Of a stretch of DNA of 64,000 bases, positions 56,152-64,000 are shown piece after piece. Where the stretch lies: NCBI RefSeq assembly GCF_006345805.1, contig NC_043004.1, forward strand, positions 97,650,001 through 97,714,000, given 5' to 3'. The stretch is from Octopus sinensis (Eukaryota). The position numbers and the translations under genes were made by a program. The notes under the pieces were generated by a model. It was given only the letters and a program-made list of their open reading frames with translations, was not told the DNA's origin and searched no databases. Each line of letters opens with the position of its first letter. Within the stretch, counting starts at the first letter, position 1.

Positions 56152-56440
56152 GGAGGCGCAATGGCCTAGTGGTTAGGGCAGCGGACTCGCGGTCATAGCA
56201 TCGCGGTTTCGATTCCCAGACCGGGCGTTGTGAGTGTTTATTGAGCAAAAACACCTAAAGAAGCTCCACGAGGCTCCGGCAGGGGGTGGTGATCCCTGCT
56301 GTACTCTTTCACCACAACTTTCTTCTGTTGGCCGGCTCACTTAGCCAGCGGGGTGGTGTCATTCAAAGGCTAAAACAATGCGAACGCATTGTGACCAGCG
56401 AGGTGTAACAACATCTGATGGTCTGGTCGGTCACATGATG
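56152..56440 (+). mobile_element. SINE family D head with a different 3' part
   Basis: GGAGGCGCAATGGCCTAGTGGTTAGGGCAGCGGACTCG...GGTTTCGATTCC. Confidence 0.85.
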
Positions 56441-56767
56441 GTGATGATGATGATGGTGATATGTGATATGGAGCACTGTTGGTGTACATGTTATATAAGG
56501 GCACAAATGGATACTCACCCTAATCCCCTCTTCATGGCCCTTACATCCTTCCCACTGCAGCTATCTTTCCCACCACTTCAGACACCAAACCCTTTTCTTC
56601 ACTGATACTGTCCTCTACACGTATGTGTCACATTGACCTATGTCTCCCTGTGTCTCTATGCTGCATCACCAAATGCTATCCTCATGCATTACTCACTCGC
56701 TCTCCCCATCTCCTAGAGCCTTTTCAAGCACATCAACTCTCTCAGGTCCCCCGTCCCATGTCAAGGA

Positions 56768-57065
56768 GCACTCCGTCAGTTATGACAGCTGATACAGTCA
56801 ACAGAACAGCCTGCTCATGAAATTAACATGCAAGTGGCTGAGCATTCCACAGATATGTGTACCACTAACGTAGTCCTCAGGTAGATTCAGTGTGACAAAG
56901 CCGGCCCTTTGAAATACAGGTACTACTCATTTTTGCCAGCTGAGTGGACTGGAGCAATGTGAAATAAAGTGTCTTGCTCAAAGACACAACGCGTCACTGG
57001 GAATTGAACTCACAACCTTACAATCATGTGCCGAATGCCCTAACCAATAGGCCATGCACCTTCAC
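56768..57065 (-). mobile_element. Chimeric SINE: family E head with family D-like tail
   Basis: Head resembles 53796, tail resembles 28451-28630. Confidence 0.7.
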
Positions 57066-57662
57066 TGTCAATAATTACTGTGTTACTGCTTTCTTCTTGT
57101 ATCCCTACACCCCACCAATTCAGGCACTATTGGCAATTGACAATTTCTTCATCCACTCTTCTATATGTCACCTAATCTGTAAGAAATCACTGCCTCCCCT
57201 CACCCATTCCCTCTACACCTTCTCCCCCATGTACTCTTACAAACTCCCACCAATTCCCAATTTTTGTGTCCCCCACTGGCTCCTACCCTTCTCGTGCCCT
57301 GAGGTGCCACCTGAACAGCTCACCACCCATATATGTCTCTTTGCAGATGCTACTTATTTATTTCTAACTCTCTCCTAAATGTAAGTACCCTTGAAACTCT
57401 CTTACAAGTAGAACTTACCCTGTCCCACCCCACTTCTTTTATAACTTAACCCTCACCTGCTAGAACATCTGTGTGGCAACCTCATTAATGCTAGTGACAT
57501 GGGAAAATCATCCAGTACTCACTGTAAACTAATTGGTATTAGAAAGGGTATGAAAGCCATAGCAACCATGCAAACGCAGACACTGGAGTGCAATATGGTC
57601 CCTGGACGCATTGAATCCTGTCAAACCATCCGACTTGTGCTAGCATAGAACTTGGACTTTAA

Positions 57663-57900
57663 CTGATGATGATGATGATGATGATGATGATGGTGACAAC
57701 AAGGATGATGATGACGATGATAATGATGATGATGACGATGATGACAAGGGTGATGATGATGATGATGATGATGATGATGTTGATGATGATGATGAGGATG
57801 ATGATGATGATGATGATGATGATGTTGATGATGATGATAAGGATGATGGTGATGATGATGATGATGATGATGATAAGGATGATGGTGATGATGATGATGT
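57663..57900. repeat. (GAT)n microsatellite
   Basis: Direct. Confidence 0.95.
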
Positions 57901-58855
57901 TATATGCATGCATGTATTCTTTTCAACGGCAGGAACAATTTTGAAGGAGGGGCCAGTCGATTAGATTGAGATCAGTATGTAACTGGTACTTAATTTATCA
58001 GCCCCGAAAGAATGAAAGGCAAAGTTGACCTCAGAATGTAAAGACAAACGAAATGCCGCTAAGCATTTCACCTGGTGTGCTAATGTTTCTGCCAGCCTGA
58101 TGCCTTTATATGCATGCATGTATTGAGACACATGCACACACACACACACACATAAACAAATTCAGAACAAAAATGTTACATACATGGCAACTTGAGAATT
58201 GCCCTCCACATAGGGGCAAAACTGATCTGTAACTAGAAACACAGACAAATATAAGGTATACATGCACCATTGCCATATGACAATGCATATCTCATTATCA
58301 ATTAAAATCCCTTAGGGAGTACATATGAGTATGTCGCTTGTTGTGTCACGTTCCAGTCTCATTGCGTCTCATCAGATTTCTAGTCAGAAAATTTTTTTAA
58401 CTCTGACGTATTCACCCATGTCAACAATATAGTACATCATGTCTCTAAAATCAGTTAAATTCTAGCCTTTTAAGTATATGGTTTTTAAAAGACTAATAAT
58501 GCATTTTTTAAAAGTAATATCTGAATAACTGCATAAGTACTTTTTCATATATATATATATATATATATACATGTTATGAATAGAATATTCAAATTTGAAT
58601 ATTCATAAAGATATCCTTATTGCTAATATTATCTATGATAAATATAATTAATCAATAATATAGATGACTAACAGGTATTAAATAGTATTGAATAGCTATA
58701 AATAGCTATAAGTAGTTGTAAATATCTATCTATCTATACATACATACATATATACATAACGGGAAGCTTTATGAAAATAGACAAAAGACGAAGGCAGGTG
58801 GAAAACAAACAAACAATTGTATTAGTATGGCGCTCAGGAAATATAAATAAAACAA

Positions 58856-58893
58856 GTCTTTAACGTTTCGAGCCTACGCTCTTCAACAGAAAG
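58856..58893 (-). ncRNA. Minimal hammerhead-like motif with variant core (CUGUUGA)
   Basis: TCTTT-CTGTTGA-A-GAGC-GTAG-GCTC-GAAACGTT-AAAGA. Confidence 0.5.
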
Positions 58894-59015
58894 ATACACA
58901 GAGAGAGAAAAAACACAGAAAGAAGGAGAGAAAAAAAATGCGTGCAGTAACTAACGAATCAACATGGCGATACATACATACATCACACACACACACACAC
59001 ACACCACACCACACA

Positions 59016-59050
<35 letters not shown>

Positions 59051-59052
<2 letters not shown>

Positions 59053-59697
59053 AAACATTATTGGTGAATTGAAGAAATGGAGCTGAACGCAGATTGAACA
59101 GAAATCGTTTTATTTCATTCTACACGTGTTTCGAAAGGCACAAATTACCAAAATCCGATTGAATAATGGGACCATATTGTGTCTTTCTCTTCAGGAAGAA
59201 AAAGGAAATCCGTTGGAAAAACAAAAACAGAACAGAGGCAGAGCAAAAAACAAATCGAACTGTGCTCCTAAGAGCCCATGGCGAACTGTTTATCAGTGTA
59301 TGTTGAGAACCGGTGGCTGAAGAATTCAACAGGTCAGGCATCGGTCAAACATGTGGGTGAGGGTGTATAGATGTTCTTTGTGACCGAGAATAAAGTTCTG
59401 ACTATTTAAAGAATATTGGATGTTTTATAAGGGGCGAGAAAAAATCTACTTAGAGACGTGTGTGTGTGTATACTGTTCTATATATGTGTGTGTTGGCGTA
59501 GGGGTAGAAAACATTTTTTGTGTACGTGTGTGCGTTTGATCGTTCGGCTGTCAGTGGCTACTGCCGTGATAACCGTTGGGTGGCAGAAAGAAAAAAATAA
59601 AGAAATTATATATTATATTTTTTTATGTTTTATGTGTGTGTGTGTGTGTTCATCTAAGCCTCCCTTGACAAGGCAACCCCCCGCTGTGAAAGAACAA
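59051..59697 (-). repeat. 3' pseudo-LTR (sense to the ORF)
   Basis: Reverse complement of 62589-63235. Confidence 0.95.
59113..59202 (-). ncRNA. Type I hammerhead ribozyme in the 3' pLTR
   Basis: Mirror copy of 63085-63173. Confidence 0.85.
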
Positions 59698-59815
59698 GCC
59701 CCGTTTGTCTTACAGGAGTAATTTCCCTTGCAGTGGTTAATTGTGGATATCTTAAAATCTATTTCAGAATTTGTTACCAAGGGCTATGGGTGCCGGTCTT
59801 ATTTATAAACGCTAT

Positions 59816-60811
59816 TTAAAGGCCAGATAAGTGTAACGCCGCCAATGGGGGCATCGAAAAGCCGACTGTAAAAGCCCGTTTACCATCCGGCCTCTGGCAA
59901 ACAAAATGGAAGAGTTCGGAGACACAAAGGTTGCACTGTCTTCTGCCCCTATCAAATGGGAGGGCCACCGACAAAATTGACCATTCCAGCCTATAGCTTA
60001 AGTTCGCATCCTTCAGTCGCCATATTAGCTTACTGAGTCCCGTGGTCTGGCGCTTGTTCACGTCCCGAAAAGTTGCGTAATGGTTGGAGACACGCAAAGA
60101 CAATCTTGAGGATGATGCCCCTATATAAGTGAAGGCATCTGAGTCCGTGTAAACCTTGCATTGGTAGACGGCGTTTTTGATCTTGGAGTTCGCCGACGTG
60201 AATCTTACTCTGCTAGGATTGGTTTCTGAAATTAGAACTGCGTTCCTGTCACTATATTCGTTCCGAGACCTGCAGCCGCTTACTACTCTATTTTCCACTA
60301 CGTCACTATTAACTATAGGAATAACCCCTGATTCTCCACTATCTATCAGAGTGCTGTCATTGCTACTGCCCGTGGTACTGCTATTGCGGGAAATGATGCT
60401 GGGGATGCTAAAGGGGCTCTCTACCCTACTCCCATTGTTACCATCAACCACAACACCCCTATTTATAACTATACCCCTAGTGGGTACTCCCTGGCTGGAG
60501 CTGAGATTATGTGTCACTGTACTGGCTCTCATATCATTATTACTACTATAATTATTCCTACTGAGCATTAAACCGGGAGCGGAAGAGGCTGTGCCTCCGG
60601 AAAAAGGTGATAGGGTCTTAGTAAGTAGCCTATTATTATGGGAGGCGATTATCTGGGCGAGGTTTTTAGTGTTGGAGAAAGCTATCCTAACTTTATGTGA
60701 GTTAACCGTGGAGTAATATTTGGAATTTCTGGGGAAGTTATTGGCGATGGCTTGTCTAAACATGAGGGGGAGGTTAGTTCTAATCTGCTTACCAAAGGGA
60801 TTACAAACCAT
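59816..60811 (-). CDS. PLE ORF C-terminal part: Ser/Asn-rich linker plus GIY-YIG endonuclease
   Basis: NAVYQCKV...FTYIGAS...RVSNHYATF...GLSKLIWRLK...LEWSIL...CNLCVSE; the shifted frame continues RCPHWRRY to TAG at 59812-59814. Confidence 0.88.
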   Translation of the reverse strand: MVCNPFGKQIRTNLPLMFRQAIANNFPRNSKYYSTVNSHKVRIAFSNTKNLAQIIASHNNRLLTKTLSPFSGGTASSAPGLMLSRNNYSSNNDMRASTVTHNLSSSQGVPTRGIVINRGVVVDGNNGSRVESPFSIPSIISRNSSTTGSSNDSTLIDSGESGVIPIVNSDVVENRVVSGCRSRNEYSDRNAVLISETNPSRVRFTSANSKIKNAVYQCKVYTDSDAFTYIGASSSRLSLRVSNHYATFRDVNKRQTTGLSKLIWRLKDANLSYRLEWSILSVALPFDRGRRQCNLCVSELFHFVCQRPDGKRAFTVGFSMPPLAALHLSGL

Positions 60812-61427
60812 ATATGCTTATTCCTATCAGTGTGATGGGTCGGGACGCCAGCTCTCGCATTTGGGTGGGTGATTCTCGGATGAATAACGGGTCTTGGGTT
60901 AGTGTAAGACCTCCCGGACCGATAATTATCCTTGTTCGCTAAATTAAATGCGGGAGCGACTACCCCGGTATCCGCCGCGCTCCCGTCCTTACTTAAAATG
61001 TTAATGTTATTATATACGGCCCTATCCTGATGACCGAATGATGGCATCGGAAGGGCCGGATCAATATAAATTACCTTCTGCCTATAACCGGCCTTGGATA
61101 GTGCGGCGTTATAAAAATCCGCTTTCTGCATAAAATATCGGCACTGGCGGACAGGCCAGACAATCTTAGAGAGATGTTTTTAACCAAATTGTCTGTTACG
61201 GTTTTGGCATGATTTGAGAAGACACTGACATACTTCAAATTAGTGGAAGGCTTATGGTAAGGGCAGTATGAGTCGCTTTTAAGGTTAAGTGTAACGTCTA
61301 GGAAATTAGCCTTGGTGAGTTCGTTATCAAAAACTATACTCATGCCCATTCTATTAAAAAACCTAGCTAACCTGCTCTTAGTTTTCTGCACTATTCTGTT
61401 CGTGTGTTTTGCAGGTAAAACAGACAA
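60682..61427 (-). CDS. PLE ORF middle part (RT thumb region), two frameshifted segments 61071-61427 and 60682-61131
   Basis: ANFLDVTLNL...YCPYHKP...YVSVFSNH...ISLRLSGLS; FYNAALSKAGY; ...RNKHIWF. Confidence 0.85.
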
Positions 61428-62494
61428 TCGTCACGATACAGGCCGCCCGCGATTTCCGGGAATTGATCGGACAATTCGTAGAGAATATATATTCCGACCA
61501 AATCGGCTATCTGCGCACTATCCGAACTACCCATAGGCACATCAAATTCGTTGGGAGTATCCTTACGGATCCACAGCTTATTATCAAACTTAATAAACGA
61601 TTTCCTGGCAACTAAAATGATATCTATCTCTTCTCTGGTGAGGCCTGCCTTGTTGTGAGCATGCCAGAGGGCCTTATTTAGCACACTAGGGTTAATCGAG
61701 GGGTAGAAGCTGGCGATATCAAACTGAATGAACCTAGTACGGTTCTTATTGGGGATGGAAGAGAACCACTTCACTACCTGCGAGGAGTTGGCCCAGAGGC
61801 TGAGCTTCAGCTTGTTTACTAAACTAGGGATATATTTATCTAAAATGTACTTACTGATTATCCCGATATCAGATCTAGCAGGGCATATGAGTCTTAGCGC
61901 TGGGTTGGTGTGGAAGTTAGGTTTATGGTCCTTCACTATAAATCTGGGTTGCTTGGGGCTAAGCGGCTGAGTTCTCATTTGAATTCGGTGTTTAAATATT
62001 ATATCCTTAATTTCCAAGTTTACCTTCCTCAGGGTACTCCAATTGGTTTTTCTATAATTTTTCTTGATCTCTTTACCGAGTAAATCTAGGTACTGCTTAA
62101 TGGGCATCTTGTATGTGTTCCTGGTCTTGTCGGACTGGACCAGGACTCCGTCCGTTCTATTAATGTCCTTGGTAATTTTATCTAGGTATCTGAGGTGGGC
62201 ATTTCTCCTGGGTGACTTCCTGAACTTAATCTTTCTAACTACGTCCCACAAGTCGTCCTCAAACTTCTTCAGTCTTGGGTTCGGTGGCGGCGTATCCAAT
62301 GTTTTAAAAAGCCGGCCGTATTCGGACGATGCAGCTGTCCGGTTCGATTTTAGATCTTCGTTCTCGTGGAAGAAAATGAGCCATCTTATCCGGTTTATGA
62401 ATGCGTTGGTTTTACAAACCAACTCCTTAAGGAAGGCATCCTTTGGTGGTATAGGAATATCCTTAAGGGACGCATCAATCTCGAACAACTCCAT
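61391..62494 (-). CDS. PLE reverse transcriptase, N-terminal domain and core
   Basis: SLKDIPIP...RIRWLIF; SDKTRNTY; KDHKPNF...LRLICP; FDIASFYPSI; PMGSSDSAQIADL; GLYRDDCL. Confidence 0.92.
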   Translation of the reverse strand: MELFEIDASLKDIPIPPKDAFLKELVCKTNAFINRIRWLIFFHENEDLKSNRTAASSEYGRLFKTLDTPPPNPRLKKFEDDLWDVVRKIKFRKSPRRNAHLRYLDKITKDINRTDGVLVQSDKTRNTYKMPIKQYLDLLGKEIKKNYRKTNWSTLRKVNLEIKDIIFKHRIQMRTQPLSPKQPRFIVKDHKPNFHTNPALRLICPARSDIGIISKYILDKYIPSLVNKLKLSLWANSSQVVKWFSSIPNKNRTRFIQFDIASFYPSINPSVLNKALWHAHNKAGLTREEIDIILVARKSFIKFDNKLWIRKDTPNEFDVPMGSSDSAQIADLVGIYILYELSDQFPEIAGGLYRDDCLFYLQNTRTE

Positions 62495-62588
62495 TATTGG
62501 CGTCGGTTAAAGTAGCAGTTTCTTGACGAAGCGGTATGTATTATGTGAAATAGAAAGATGAATAATCTTGTAGTAGATTAATCAAAAG

Positions 62589-63235
62589 TTGTTCTTTCAC
62601 AGCGGGGGGTTGCCTTGTCAAGGGAGGCTTAGATGAACACACACACACACACATAAAACATAAAAAATATATATATATAATTTCTTTATTTTTTTCTTTC
62701 TGCCACCCAACGGTTATCACGGCAGTAGCCACTGACAGCCGAACGATCAAACGCACACACGTACACAAAAAATGTTTTCTACCCCTACGCCAACACACAC
62801 ATATATAGAACAGTATACACACACACACGTCTCTAAGTAGATTTTTTCTCGCCCCTTATAAAACATCCAATATTCTTTAAATAGTCAGAACTTTATTCTC
62901 GGTCACAAAGAACATCTATACACCCTCACCCACATGTTTGACCGATGCCTGACCTGTTGAATTCTTCAGCCACCGGTTCTCAACATACACTGATAAACAG
63001 TTTCGCCATGGGCTCTTAGGAGCACAGTTCGATTGTTTTTTGCTCTGCCTCTGTTCTGTTTTTGTTTTTCCAACGGATTTCCTTTTTTCTTCCTGAAGAG
63101 AAAGACACAATATGGTCCCATTATTCAATCGGATTTGGTAATTTGTGCCTTTCGAAACACGTGTAGAATGAAATAAAACGATTTCTGTTCAATCTGCGTT
63201 CAGCTCCATTTCTTCAATTCACCAATAATGTTTTA
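62589..63235 (+). repeat. Inverted 5' pseudo-LTR
   Basis: Reverse complement of 59051-59697. Confidence 0.95.
63085..63173 (+). ncRNA. Type I hammerhead ribozyme in the inverted pLTR
   Basis: TTTCTTC-CTGAAGA-GAAAGACACAA...TTGTGCCTTTC-GAAA-C-ACGT-GTA-GAATGAAA, then AATAAA. Confidence 0.85.
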
Positions 63236-63398
63236 ATTTCAACTATCCGCACCAACGCACGGTTGCAACGCCAGATGGTTGTACCTCCAACCGTGCTGTC
63301 ACTGCTGTGATTTTTGCTACTAAGGTATCGGTTAAACTTTTGATTAATCTACTACAAGATTATTCATCTTTCTATTTCACATAAATTATATATATATG

Positions 63399-63986
63399 TA
63401 TATATATTAGACAAAATGAGACAACAAAGCCAAGGCAGTGAGGAGTTTTCAGGACATTTATAAGGGAAAAGATATAGATGTAGTCTTACTGCTGTTTCTG
63501 GGATATTATGGATATCCCTTCGTCAGAGATGATGTGAGATGGTTAAATAGAGGAGTTAAAAAATTGAAGACTAAAAATTAAAATGGAGACAAAGGAAAGT
63601 TAAGTAGAGTTGTTGGGGATTACCTAAGGAGTGTTGTGGTATATGCTGTGTAGTTATTTAGGTTGCATTTAAATTTGTGGTTAAATTTGAAGGTATGAAA
63701 AATGCAGTGGTTGCATGTACTTAGGGCCTCATTATATTTATTTAGTAGAGTCAAGGAGTTGTGTTTTAATATGTGGAGTGCTTCTTTTAGGCATAACTTG
63801 CAGGCTAAGCATTGACCTTGGTATGGAAGCCTTGAATCCATTATGGACCATGACAAAATGTAGGGAATATTTCTATTTTCGAGATGATGTATGTGACTGG
63901 CAAGTGTTGTGGATTTACTGTATTTCTCGTATCTAAAAGAATTGAGATGAGTAGCATATGGCTGTTTAAAATTTATGGTTGAACCT
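63399..63986 (-). mobile_element. Second PLE, 5'-truncated 3' fragment (GIY-YIG half plus pLTR with HHR)
   Basis: YIGSTINFKQPYATHLNSFRYEKYSKSTTLASHI...LSWSI...CKLCLKEALHIL...LLNK...CNH. Confidence 0.88.
63484..63529 (-). ncRNA. Type I hammerhead motif in the second PLE pLTR
   Basis: TCT-CTGACGA-A-GGGATAT-CCATA-ATATCCC-A-GAAA-C-AGCA-GTA-AGA; helix I is short. Confidence 0.65.
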
Positions 63987-64000
63987 ATATATATATATAT

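Larger units (their letters stand above)
59051..63384 (-). mobile_element. Penelope-like retroelement, near full length, with inverted pseudo-LTRs, inserted in (TA)n
   Basis: RT plus C-terminal GIY-YIG ORF; 647-bp inverted repeats; HHR in each repeat; (TA)n on both sides. Confidence 0.93.

Noticed and set aside
56152-56225. tRNA-Arg(TCG)-like gene (also 28755-28828)
   Set aside because: SINE heads: no proper acceptor stem, and they continue into SINE bodies.
58340-58380. Minus-strand CTGATGAGAC...GACTGGAAC as a hammerhead
   Set aside because: Helix II does not pair and the GAAA is mutated; at best a dead remnant.
60177-60551. 124-aa Leu/Thr-rich antisense ORF in the PLE (also 62064-62510)
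   Set aside because: Shadow of the sense ORF codon pattern; no independent evidence.
61020-61060. CTGATGA-CCGA..TCGG-AAG antisense to the PLE ORF
   Set aside because: Lacks G12 and helices I and III; likely chance.
59051-63235. DNA transposon interpretation of the 647-bp inverted repeats
   Set aside because: The ORF is RT plus GIY-YIG, not a transposase; there is no TSD, and the repeats contain HHRs typical of PLE pLTRs.

Overview
AT-rich eukaryotic DNA made up almost entirely of repeats; no host protein-coding gene could be recognised. The SINE types and the (TA)n/(ATT)n/(GAT)n/(GGT)n load suggest a coleoid cephalopod, probably Octopus (inference). It contains dozens of tRNA-derived SINEs, RTE LINE fragments, a Gypsy LTR remnant, a deleted mariner, piggyBac-like MITEs and a MITE-derived 215-bp tandem array. 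The main result is a Penelope-like element (PLE) system. A near-full-length PLE (RT plus C-terminal GIY-YIG endonuclease, 59051-63384) sits in (TA)n between two 647-bp inverted pseudo-LTRs. Each pseudo-LTR carries a type I hammerhead ribozyme (HHR) with a long helix II and a palindromic helix III. Its four frameshifts all fall in short homopolymer or dinucleotide runs, so the copy may really be intact. About eight further HHR or HHR-like motifs occur elsewhere, mostly in short modules next to (TA)n tracts, together with several fold-back structures. All calls are by eye; no database search or folding program was run.
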